Part shown: positions 36,391 to 45,226 of the stretch, piece by piece
Layout of the letters: each line of letters opens with the position of its first letter
Numbering within the stretch: the stretch's first letter is position 1
NCBI GenBank assembly: GCA_030428565.1
Contig: JAUIDR010000007.1
Location: 18,504 to 82,503, forward strand
Reading direction: 5' to 3'
DNA from: Alphaproteobacteria bacterium
GTDB lineage: Bacteria; Pseudomonadota; Alphaproteobacteria; UBA7985; JAUIBT01
DNA length: 64,000 nt
Position numbers and translations under genes: made by a program
Notes under the pieces: model-generated
What the model was told of the DNA's origin: nothing
Seen by the model: the letters and a program-made list of their open reading frames with translations, nothing else
Databases searched by the model: none

Positions 36391-37587
36391 ATGCAGACCC
36401 TTTCTAAACTGATTGGCACGGCTTTTCTAGGCCTGTCGATTGGCGCAAACGCTTTTGCGCAAGACCCGGTAAAGATCGCGCTGGTACACGGCATCTCTGG
36501 CCACGCGTTCGAGGTCTTTTCCAAACAGACACACACTGGTTTTGAGCTCGGCCTGGAATACGCAACCAATGGCAGCAACGCTGTTAAAGGACATCCCATC
36601 GAGCTCATTCTAAAAGACACCCAGTTCAAGCCCGACGTGGCACGCGCGGTGCTAGCCGAGGCTTATGGCGATGATGAGGTTTTGCTTGCAGTCGGTGCGA
36701 CGTCTTCGGGTGTGACCAAGGGCTTGCTGCCCATCGCCGAAGAATACGAGCGGATTTTGCTGGTCGAACCAGCGGTCGCCGACAGCTTGACCGGCCCTGA
36801 CAGCAATCGCTACGTCTTCAAGACCTCGCGCAATTCTTCCATGGATATGCAAGCCCAAGCGCTGGCGCTGCGCCCGGACGAAAACCTCTACGTTGCCACC
36901 TTGGCTGAGGACTATGCCTTTGGTCGCGACGGCATCAAGGCCTTCAAGGCCGCGTTGTCGGGCAGTGGTGCCACCATCGTGACCGAAGAATACATCCCGC
37001 AAGGCACGACCGATTTTACCGCGCCTACCGAGCGCATGTTCAATGCTTTGAAGGACAAGGACGGCCGCAAGGTAATCTTGATCTACGTCGCTGGTGGCGG
37101 CAACCCTATGGGCAAAATCAAGGCCATGCAGCCAGATCGCTTTGATATTGAGATCTCAACCGGCGGCCATATCCTGCCCGTCCTGCCGACCTACAAGCAG
37201 GTGCCAGGCATGGAAGGCGCGATCTACTACTACTATGAAAACCCAGAGAACGAGATCAACGATTGGCTGGTCAAGACCCACCAAGAGCGCTTTGGCACAC
37301 CGCCCGATTTCTTTACCGCAGGCGGCATGGCAGCAGCCCTAGCGGTCGTTAAAGCGCTTGAGACCGCTGATGAGTGGGAGACCGAGGCCCTGATCGCGGC
37401 GATGGAAGGCATGAGCTGGCAAACGCCCAAGGGCAATATGATCTTCCGTCCTGAGGATCATCAGGCCCTGCAGTCTATGTATCACTTCAAGATCCGCGTT
37501 GACGATGATGTTGATTGGGCCATCCCGGAGTTGGTACGTGAAATCAAGGCCGAAGAAATGGACATTCCTTTAGGTCGAAACAACTAA
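36391..37587 (+). CDS. ABC transporter substrate-binding protein, Leu/Ile/Val-binding (Peripla_BP_6) type
   Basis: Signal peptide MQTLSKLIGTAFLGLSIGANAFAQ. VKIALVHGISG. The ATG at 36391 is preceded by gggagg. Confidence 0.75.
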   Translation: MQTLSKLIGTAFLGLSIGANAFAQDPVKIALVHGISGHAFEVFSKQTHTGFELGLEYATNGSNAVKGHPIELILKDTQFKPDVARAVLAEAYGDDEVLLAVGATSSGVTKGLLPIAEEYERILLVEPAVADSLTGPDSNRYVFKTSRNSSMDMQAQALALRPDENLYVATLAEDYAFGRDGIKAFKAALSGSGATIVTEEYIPQGTTDFTAPTERMFNALKDKDGRKVILIYVAGGGNPMGKIKAMQPDRFDIEISTGGHILPVLPTYKQVPGMEGAIYYYYENPENEINDWLVKTHQERFGTPPDFFTAGGMAAALAVVKALETADEWETEALIAAMEGMSWQTPKGNMIFRPEDHQALQSMYHFKIRVDDDVDWAIPELVREIKAEEMDIPLGRNN

Positions 37588-37708
37588 GCGGTCTCCTCCA
37601 TGGCTGGCAGGGCTTGGCTACCGATCTTGGTGGCCGGGCTCTGCTGGCCAGCCGCTTGCTGCCGTCGCCCAAATGAATGGGCCAAGCCCCTAAGTCCGAG
37701 CTACGCTG

Positions 37709-38497
37709 ATGACCGAGCCCTCACTTATCACGCAAGATCTGACGATCCGCTTTGGCGGACACGTTGCCGTTGACGCGGTTTCTTGTGCTTTTCGGCCCGG
37801 TGAGCTGACGGTAATCGTTGGCCCCAATGGGGCTGGCAAGACCACCTATTTCAATCTGATTTCCGGTCAGCTGCGCGCGACCCAAGGCAAAGTGATGAAG
37901 GGGGCACTTGACCTGACCCAAATGGCACCGTCACGCCGCGCACAGCATGGTATTGGCCGCGCCTTTCAGCTCACCAATCTGTTTCCCAAGCTGACCGTAC
38001 TCGAAAATATTCGCTTGGCAGTACAGGCTCGATCCGGCCAAGGCTGGCGCTTTTTGACCCCGGTTCACCGCCTGACTGGCCTGCAAGCCGACGCCGAAGG
38101 CTACCTTGCGAAAACCCGGCTGGAGAGCGTCGCTCATCTGCCCGCCGCAGCGCTGTCCCACGGCGATCAACGCAAGCTGGAGGTCGCCTTGTTGATGGCC
38201 ATGGAGCCCGACATCTACATGTTCGATGAACCGACCGCTGGCATGTCGCTGGATCATGCGCCCGACGTCTTGGAGCTGATCGCTGCCCTCAAGCAAGACC
38301 GCAGCAAAACGATTTTGCTGGTCGAACATAAAATGGATGTAGTGCGCGCTCTGGCGGACCGTATCATCGTCTTGCACAATGGCGCTTTACTGGCTGACGG
38401 CCCACCGCAAGAGGTGATGGACAGTGATATCGTCCGCGATGTCTATCTGGGCAAATCGCCCGCTGCGCCTTCCAGGGCATCGCAGGAGGTTGCATGA
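37709..38497 (+). CDS. branched-chain amino acid-type ABC transporter ATP-binding protein (LivG-like)
   Basis: GPNGAGKTT, LSHGDQRKLE, MFDEPTAGM. Confidence 0.85.
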   Translation: MTEPSLITQDLTIRFGGHVAVDAVSCAFRPGELTVIVGPNGAGKTTYFNLISGQLRATQGKVMKGALDLTQMAPSRRAQHGIGRAFQLTNLFPKLTVLENIRLAVQARSGQGWRFLTPVHRLTGLQADAEGYLAKTRLESVAHLPAAALSHGDQRKLEVALLMAMEPDIYMFDEPTAGMSLDHAPDVLELIAALKQDRSKTILLVEHKMDVVRALADRIIVLHNGALLADGPPQEVMDSDIVRDVYLGKSPAAPSRASQEVA

Positions 38498-39201
38498 GCC
38501 TGTTGTCGCTAAACGCTATAGAGACCGCCATCGGACAATACGCGGTCTTGCACCAGGTATCTTTGGAGGTCTGCGAAGGGGGCGTTTTCGTCCTGCTGGG
38601 CCGCAATGGTGCCGGCAAGACGACGACGCTGCGCTCCATCATGGGGCTGTGGCGACCCTCGGCGGGCTCGGTCGTGTTCCAAGGCCAAGACATGCGGGGG
38701 CTGCACACGGCAGAGATTGCCCGGTTGGGCATCGCCTATGTGCCGGAAAGCATGGGCATTTTTGGCGGTCTGACCGTGGAGGAAAATCTTATTCTGGCCA
38801 CCCGCAACGGCCGTTTTGATCAAGAGCGGTTAAAGCGGATTTGGCAGTTGTTCCCAGCGCTGGAACGGTTCTGGAGCAAACAAGCCTGGTCGCTATCGGG
38901 GGGCCAGAAACAAATGCTGTCGGTCGCGCGCGCCATCATCGAGCCGCGCAAGCTCATTCTTGTCGATGAACCGACAAAGGGCCTCGCGCCCGCCATTGTC
39001 GATGCCATGATGGAGGCTTTCCGCGACATCTCTCAAACGACAACCATATTGCTGGTCGAACAGAATTTTGAGTTCGCCAAGTCCCTGGGCCGCGACATGG
39101 CGGTTATCGAGGACGGACGTGTTGTCCACACCGGAAGCATGGCGGATTTCGCACGCGATACGGCGTTGCAAAACCGCTTGCTGAGCTTGTCGGCGTCATG
39201 A
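38494..39201 (+). CDS. branched-chain amino acid-type ABC transporter ATP-binding protein (LivF-like)
   Basis: GRNGAGKTT, LSGGQKQML, LVDEPTKGLAP. 4-bp overlap with the upstream gene. Confidence 0.85.
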   Translation: MSLLSLNAIETAIGQYAVLHQVSLEVCEGGVFVLLGRNGAGKTTTLRSIMGLWRPSAGSVVFQGQDMRGLHTAEIARLGIAYVPESMGIFGGLTVEENLILATRNGRFDQERLKRIWQLFPALERFWSKQAWSLSGGQKQMLSVARAIIEPRKLILVDEPTKGLAPAIVDAMMEAFRDISQTTTILLVEQNFEFAKSLGRDMAVIEDGRVVHTGSMADFARDTALQNRLLSLSAS

Positions 39202-39214
39202 TGGGCAACGCGAT

Positions 39215-40264
39215 TTGGCATGCCAAGTACGGGAGCCTCACCCCGTGGGGCAAACGCAACAGGAGGGCGCTTTGGAGCCGCTAAAGTCCACACTACAACG
39301 CTTGGGCGGTGTAAATTTGCTGCCCTTTGCTGTGGCGGTTATCGCCTTTGTGCTGATCGGCGCCCCCAGTTCTTGGGTGACATTGACCGTCGCTGGCCTG
39401 GCCATGGGCATGATGCTGTTTCTTATGGCCTCGGGTCTGTCGCTGATTTTCGGTCTAATGGACGTGCTGAACTTTGGCCATTCGGCCTTTATCAGCTTTG
39501 GTGCCTTTGTTGCCGCGAGCGTCTTGGCCTGGCTCGGCGGCTGGTTGGGGGCCGACAGCCTCGTGTTAAACGCTCTGGCAGTGTTTTGCGCCTTTGCGGC
39601 GGCCATCTTGTTTGGCTTGGCGGGCGGCTGGTTCTTTGAGGTGGTCATTATCAAGCCGGTCTATCGCGATCACCTGCGCCAAATTCTAATTACCATGGGC
39701 GCGCTGATCGTGGCTGAGCAAATGATCCTGGCGCTTTGGGGCGGCAGCCCCATGACGGTCCCCAGACCGGCGTTTTTGACCGGCTCAATCTTGCTTGGTG
39801 ACGTTGCCATAGAGGTCTACCGCATTTTCGCTTTTCTGCTGGGGTTAGCGGTCTATCTGGCGCTTTATTGGCTCCTCAATCGTAGTCGTCTTGGACTTTT
39901 GATCCGCGCGGGGGTCGAGGATCGCGAAATGGTCGAAGCCTTGGGCTTTCGCATCGACCGGCTGTTCGTGGGTGTCTTCATGCTGGGCTCGGCTCTGGCA
40001 GCTCTGGGCGGGGCTATGTGGGCGGGCTATGAGACCCTCATCACCCCGGCCTTGGGCGGTCAAATGATGATCGTTGTGTTTATCGTGGTTATTATCGGCG
40101 GCCTGGGTTCGGTCGAGGGCACCCTGCTTGGGGCCATCATGGTGGGGCTGGTCGCCAACTATGTTGGCTTTCTGGCGCCCAAGCTGGCGCTCGCCTCCAA
40201 CATGCTGCTGATGATGGCAATTTTGATGTGGCGCCCCAACGGCCTGCGTCCTGCGGTGACTTGA
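39215..40264 (+). CDS. branched-chain amino acid-type ABC transporter permease (LivH-like); start uncertain
   Basis: LSLIFGLMDVLNFGHSAF, RAGVEDREMVEALG, IIGGLGSVEG. The ORF begins with TTG at 39215; an in-frame GTG at 39245 is an alternative start. Confidence 0.75.
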   Translation: MACQVREPHPVGQTQQEGALEPLKSTLQRLGGVNLLPFAVAVIAFVLIGAPSSWVTLTVAGLAMGMMLFLMASGLSLIFGLMDVLNFGHSAFISFGAFVAASVLAWLGGWLGADSLVLNALAVFCAFAAAILFGLAGGWFFEVVIIKPVYRDHLRQILITMGALIVAEQMILALWGGSPMTVPRPAFLTGSILLGDVAIEVYRIFAFLLGLAVYLALYWLLNRSRLGLLIRAGVEDREMVEALGFRIDRLFVGVFMLGSALAALGGAMWAGYETLITPALGGQMMIVVFIVVIIGGLGSVEGTLLGAIMVGLVANYVGFLAPKLALASNMLLMMAILMWRPNGLRPAVT

Positions 40265-40271
40265 GGCCCTT

Positions 40272-41366
40272 ATGACACACGCTCCTTCGCTCGCTTCGCC
40301 CAAACAGACTTGGGGCGCTTTGACGGTCAAGCTGCTGGTTTTGCTGGTGGCCGCGCTCTTGTTGTTCGCCCCGTTCTTGTTCCAAGACACCCGCTCGATT
40401 GAGGTCGCCGCGCGCATTTGTGTCTTCATCGTCCTGGTCGCCAGCTATGACGTTTTGATCGGCTATACCGGCATCGTCAGCTTTGCCCATACGATGTTTT
40501 TCGGGTTTGGTGCCTATGGGGCCGCCATCGCGCTTAGAACGATGGGCCCCGGCTGGGACGCCATTGCCCTAGGCGCGAGCGTGGGCTGTGTCATTTCTAT
40601 CGTGGTTGCCGCGGCTATCGGACTACTTTCGCTGCGGGTCAAAGCGATTTTCTTTGCGATGATTACGCTTGCTGCGGCCAGCGTGGTCATGGTTTTGGCA
40701 AGCCAGCTCTCTCAAATAACCGGTGGCGAGGACGGCATAACCTACAAGACCCCGGCGGTTTTCAAGACCGCTTACAAGCTGTTGGTCGACGATCACGGCA
40801 AGGTCGTGCGTTGGTTTGGGGTGAAAATAAATGGCAAATTGGCGGCCTATTACTTCGTCTATGCCAGTTGCTTTGCCTTGTTCTTGGTGATGCTGCGCCT
40901 GGTGGGTTCGCCCATCGGCACTGTCTTGAAAGCCATCCGCGAAAACGAAGCTAGGGCCGAGGCTATCGGCTATCGCGTCGTTGCCTATCGCACCTTTGTG
41001 TTCTGCTTTTCTGCCGTTGTGGCCTCCTTGGCCGGCACCATCTACGCGATCTGGCTGAAATACACCGGCCCAAAGACCGCGCTCAGTTTTACCATCATGA
41101 TCGACATTCTGTTGATGGTGGTCATCGGTGGCATGGGGACCATGTGGGGCGCGGTGATCGGCGCGGTTCTGTTGGTGCTGGCGCAATACTACCTGCGCGA
41201 TCTGATGGGCAGCGCCGCGGAAGCCTTGGTAAACGTGCCGCTGGCGCCGCAGGTTTTGGCCCCCGACCGCTGGCTGTTCTGGCTGGGGATCATCTTCATT
41301 CTATTGGTCTATAATTTCCCCAAGGGCATCGCTGGCACCTTGGCTGATAAAGGGGCGTCGCGATGA
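40272..41366 (+). CDS. branched-chain amino acid-type ABC transporter permease (LivM-like)
   Basis: YTGIVSFAHTMFFGFGAY, AIRENEARAEAIGY, VIGGMGTMWG. Confidence 0.8.
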   Translation: MTHAPSLASPKQTWGALTVKLLVLLVAALLLFAPFLFQDTRSIEVAARICVFIVLVASYDVLIGYTGIVSFAHTMFFGFGAYGAAIALRTMGPGWDAIALGASVGCVISIVVAAAIGLLSLRVKAIFFAMITLAAASVVMVLASQLSQITGGEDGITYKTPAVFKTAYKLLVDDHGKVVRWFGVKINGKLAAYYFVYASCFALFLVMLRLVGSPIGTVLKAIRENEARAEAIGYRVVAYRTFVFCFSAVVASLAGTIYAIWLKYTGPKTALSFTIMIDILLMVVIGGMGTMWGAVIGAVLLVLAQYYLRDLMGSAAEALVNVPLAPQVLAPDRWLFWLGIIFILLVYNFPKGIAGTLADKGASR

Positions 41367-42211
41367 GTCTAGCAAGGTTTTCTTTTGTCCCGCTGGGGCC
41401 CCATGAGTTGCACGTCACCGAATGGGGGCGCCGCGATAAGCCCGCGCTGGTCATGTGGCACGGCTTGGCGCGCACCGGGCGCGATTTCGACGAGCTCGCA
41501 GCCGCCTTGAGCGATGACTACTTCGTGCTTTGTCCCGATACCATCGGGCGCGGGCTCTCCTCCTGGTCGCCCGATCCCAAGGCCGACTACAGCCTGGACT
41601 GTTATGCGCGGTTGGCGGTCGGTCTTCTGGACCACTTTGCGATTGATCGCGCGGGCTGGATTGGCACCTCTATGGGCGGCCTAATTGGTATGCTGTTGGC
41701 CGCAAGTGCAGCCCCCGAGCGCCTGGAATACCTGGTGATAAACGACATTGGGCCCGAAATCCCTCAGGCTGCGATAGACCGCATTTTAGCCTACGCCGAC
41801 ACGCAGCCCGTGTTCGGCAACATGCGCGAGGCCGAGGCCTGGTTTCGCGCGGCCTATGCCCCATTCGGCGATAACAGTGCCGCCTTTTGGACCCGCATGG
41901 CACGCAGCTCGGTCAGGCGGCTCGCCGATGGCCGCTTGACGACCCACTATGATCCGAAGATCACGGTCCAATTTGAACAGCCCATCGACAGCCAGGCGGC
42001 TTGGCAGCTCTATCAAGATATTCGCTTGCCGACGCACGTCATCCAAGGCGCGCAGTCCGATATTCTGCCGAACAGCATTCTTGAGCGTATGAAGGCCGAG
42101 GGGCCTAAGCCGGGCGTCAGCATCAAGGCTGATTGCGGCCATGCCCCGACCCTGGCCAGCCAAGAAGACGCCCAGCAAGTCCGCAACCTGCTGGCACAGC
42201 TAGGCAAATGA
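41363..42211 (+). CDS. alpha/beta hydrolase
   Basis: MWHGLARTGRDF, nucleophile elbow GTSMGG, C-terminal CGHAP. 4-bp overlap (ATGA) with the permease gene. Confidence 0.75.
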   Translation: MSLARFSFVPLGPHELHVTEWGRRDKPALVMWHGLARTGRDFDELAAALSDDYFVLCPDTIGRGLSSWSPDPKADYSLDCYARLAVGLLDHFAIDRAGWIGTSMGGLIGMLLAASAAPERLEYLVINDIGPEIPQAAIDRILAYADTQPVFGNMREAEAWFRAAYAPFGDNSAAFWTRMARSSVRRLADGRLTTHYDPKITVQFEQPIDSQAAWQLYQDIRLPTHVIQGAQSDILPNSILERMKAEGPKPGVSIKADCGHAPTLASQEDAQQVRNLLAQLGK

Positions 42212-42362
42212 CGCTCTGCCAAAACTCTTGAGCGCCGTGGGCCCGTACAGCCCACGAAAATCCGGGCGCGCGCCACCAAGTCGAACGCGCCAGAGCGGCT
42301 AGCCTTGCCAAGCCCGGTTCTTCGTTGCATCCTACTTTTGAAAACAAAGAGGATTGTGCGCT

Positions 42363-42797
42363 ATGACGACTGTAAAACAGATACTAGCTGGCAAAGGAAC
42401 CGAGGTTTTCACCCTCGCGTTGGATGCGAGCGGATTAGACGCTGTAAACGCGCTAAGTCACCACAATGTGGGCGCGCTTGTCGTGGCGGCACCGGATAAA
42501 GCGATCAAAGGCATCGTCTCGGAACGGGACATCATGCGCGCGCTGGCCAAGGGCGGCGCAAATGCTCTAAACCAATCCGTCGCGGACTTGATGACCGCAC
42601 CTGTGCAGACCTGCACCGAGGAGGCCAGCGTTCCAAAAATGATGAGCTTGATGACCGAAGGACGGTTTCGTCACCTGCCCGTAGAGCGGGACGGCAAACT
42701 TGTGGGCCTGGTCTCGATCGGAGATATCGTCAAGCAGCGGATCGCTGAAATTGAGAGCGAAGCCGACGACATCCGATCCTATATCGCCTCGGCCTGA
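42363..42797 (+). CDS. CBS domain-containing protein (tandem CBS pair)
   Basis: GIVSERDIMRA and RHLPVERDGKLVGLVSIGDIVK. The ATG at 42363 is preceded by aagagga. Confidence 0.8.
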   Translation: MTTVKQILAGKGTEVFTLALDASGLDAVNALSHHNVGALVVAAPDKAIKGIVSERDIMRALAKGGANALNQSVADLMTAPVQTCTEEASVPKMMSLMTEGRFRHLPVERDGKLVGLVSIGDIVKQRIAEIESEADDIRSYIASA

Positions 42798-43010
42798 CCT
42801 GAATTAGGGACGGGGTTGCCATAAATTCCCGACCCGCCAAGGGCTATAGAAAATCAGCGCTTGCTAGGCGCTAACCTGGTCGGCTGGCGCAAGGGCAGGG
42901 CACGCCCGCTAAAGGCCAAGACCCTGTCGTCGGCGCTCGCCTGCGGGGGCCCAACGCCAGGCCCCAACAGGGCAAGGGGGGGCAGCTCATTAGAGCTGTG
43001 CCTAAATGTC

Positions 43011-43110
43011 GGGCGCTGGTGTAGCAACAGCCCATCTGCTCTATCTGACTGATTTCAAACGCAAGTCCATGCTCACTCGTGCTTCCCGTCGTTTGCGGCT
43101 TGCGCTAAGC
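43011..43110 (+). repeat. copy A of an unclassified ~100-nt dispersed repeat
   Basis: Ungapped 83/100 identity to 44131-44230 in the same orientation. Conserved internal pairing CGCAAG...CTTGCG. Confidence 0.85.
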
Positions 43111-43301
43111 ATGGCAATCTTCGAGCCGCGCTAAAAAACAACCACCCCAACTAGCCGCTGGCAAAGCTTCAACTTGTGTTTTTGCGAACCAACTCATATG
43201 CCATGTGTCGCAAAGGCGATACGTGCTCGCCTTGTTTGTTTTGAACCAAGGTCCAAGTTTGCGCTTTGGCGTTTGTCAGTGGATCGCTATAGGGGATTAG
43301 C

Positions 43302-44105
43302 TTGAGCAAGGGTGATACCGGCCATGGTTTCGTTAATGTTGAAACCTTTGGCGAAGGTCCGCGCCCGGTGGTCGCGCTGCATTGTGCCCTCGGTCGTGCC
43401 GCGAGCTGGCTGCCGATTGCCCGGCTAGTCGAGGACGCCACCTTTAGCGCGCCAGACTGGCCAAGCCACGGGAAGAGCGCCGCTTGGCAAGGTCCGGGCC
43501 TCATGCACGAGGCGGCCCTTGGCATTACAGATCAGGCCGTCGGTACCGGGCCGGTTGATTTGGTCGGTCATAGCTACGGCGGCGTCATTGCCCTGGATTT
43601 TGCGACTAGGTGGCCCGAAAGGGTGCGCAGCCTCACGCTCATTGAGCCGATTTTTCTGGCCATCGTAGGTGAAGACGACCGCAACGCGCTGGACGCTTAC
43701 TTATTGCAAATGCAACCGCATTTCGACGCGCTCGCCAATGGGTAGTACGCCGACGCGGCTCGTCATTTTATCGCGATTTGGGGCGGCGGTGTTGCCTGGG
43801 AACAAATCCCGCAGGAACAACGCGCAGGCCTATCCGCACAAATCCCGATCGTTGAGGCTTGTAAACCAGGCGATGAAAACAGCCCCACGGAAAGACAGCT
43901 CGCAAGCCGTCTTCCGGATCTTACCATGCCGGTGCAGCTTATTTGCGGTGAGAAGACGCTCGACGTCGTGCAGTTGGTCATGGCGGGGCTGCACAAGCGC
44001 TTGCCCAGCAGCCGGATCATGAAAGTCGAGAAAGCCGGGCATATGCTGCCCATGACCCACCCCAAGGCCGTCGCTGAGGCATTGCGCAATCTGTGGGGTG
44101 ATTAG
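43302..44105 (+). pseudogene. alpha/beta hydrolase interrupted by one in-frame TAG (43743-43745)
   Basis: GHSYGG nucleophile elbow upstream of the stop. The same frame stays open after the TAG for 119 codons (YADAARHFIAIWGGG...VEKAGHMLPMTHP, carrying the catalytic His motif). There is no usable start codon after the TAG. Confidence 0.65.
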
Positions 44106-44130
44106 AATCCGACCGCAACGCTAGAGCGCC

Positions 44131-44230
44131 GGGCGCTGGTTTCGCAATAGCCCATCCGCTCCAGCTGGCTGATTTCTAACGCAAGTCCCTGCTCACTCGT
44201 GTTGCCATTCGTTCGCGGCTTGCGCTGGGC
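44131..44230 (+). repeat. copy B of the unclassified ~100-nt dispersed repeat
   Basis: See copy A. It lies between the convergent ends of the interrupted hydrolase and the methyltransferase gene. Confidence 0.85.
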
Positions 44231-44274
44231 CTTTCGTCGGGCCAGCGACAAGGGTGCCCAAACCGCGGTGGCGC

Positions 44275-45120
44275 TCAGGCGGTGGTGGCGCTGACAACAA
44301 CAGCGGGAATTGGCACCTGCCAATATGGGCCGTCGCCGTGGTTACGGGTCACTTCGGCAATCACCGCGTTGCGAATAGCGTTGGCATTCTGCTCTGGCTG
44401 CGGGCGCAGCAGCGCACCGCCGCGGGCGGCACCGTCGCGAACATAATCAAAGGGCGCGCCCGGATCGTCCATCTGCCACCAAGCGGCCACGGTCTCAATC
44501 TGGCAGTCTTTGAACCCGGCTTCATGCAGCGCTGCAAAGGCGAAATCTGGGTCCGCGTAATCATGCGCCCCGGGGCCAGGTGGCAGCGATATGTCGGGGT
44601 GGCCGTGCTGGCCAATGGCGGTAAATACATAGCCCAGCGCCGAGTCAACTTCCGGCCCGCACCAGATGGAAAACGCAAAGCGCCCACCAGGCCGCAGCAC
44701 GCGGCGCGCTTCGCAAAATACGCGCGGTGGGGCTGGGACGTGGGGGATACCGAACCCGATGGTAACGGCGTCAAAAGTTCCACCATCAAAGGCCAGGTTC
44801 ATGGCATCGCCTTTAATGAAGTTTGCCTTCGGCACCGAGCGTCTGGCCAAATCAAGCATGGCCGCAGAAAAATCAAGGCCCGTTACATTGGCGCCGGCCT
44901 CGACAAGCGAGGCTGACACGTTGCCGTGCCCGCAACACAAATCGAGTGCTCGCGAGCCTTGGCCCGCCCGAACGGCGCTGGCGATATAGGGCGCCACCAT
45001 ATCGGACGCCGTGGCAAACACCTCGGCGTAGGATCGCGCCACATCCTCTTTCGACCATTCATGCTTTTCGAGAGCCGCAAAGCTCATCGCACCATCAGGA
45101 TCGATCATAGCCCCCTCCAC
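44275..45120 (-). CDS. class I SAM-dependent methyltransferase
   Basis: ALDLCCGHGNVS (motif I), GLDFSAAML, FDAVTIGFG, LRPGGRFAF. Confidence 0.8.
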   Translation of the reverse strand: MEGAMIDPDGAMSFAALEKHEWSKEDVARSYAEVFATASDMVAPYIASAVRAGQGSRALDLCCGHGNVSASLVEAGANVTGLDFSAAMLDLARRSVPKANFIKGDAMNLAFDGGTFDAVTIGFGIPHVPAPPRVFCEARRVLRPGGRFAFSIWCGPEVDSALGYVFTAIGQHGHPDISLPPGPGAHDYADPDFAFAALHEAGFKDCQIETVAAWWQMDDPGAPFDYVRDGAARGGALLRPQPEQNANAIRNAVIAEVTRNHGDGPYWQVPIPAVVVSATTA

Positions 45121-45226
45121 ATACTTGCAGGCTACCGCAAACGTTACCCCTGGGCAAATCTGGGCTTCGAGCTGTCAAACGGTGGCATGAAAGAGAGGAA
45201 GAGGCGCTTATTCGGGGCGGCTTTCG

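Noticed and set aside
43011-43110. The 100-nt repeat as a tRNA or tRNA-like gene (it starts gggcgctggtgtagc), or as coding sequence (ORF 44102-44323 covers copy B on the minus strand)
   Set aside because: I found no T-loop (GTTCGAATC-type) or cloverleaf. Copy A contains a stop in the frame that is open in copy B. The 17 differences between the copies are spread along the whole element rather than confined to one part, so I see no support for coding.
43743-43745. The in-frame TAG as programmed recoding (pyrrolysine, or selenocysteine-like)
   Set aside because: Selenocysteine uses TGA, not TAG. No pyl genes or PYLIS-like context are visible, and alpha/beta hydrolases of this type are not known Pyl proteins. 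A nonsense mutation or sequencing error is more parsimonious.
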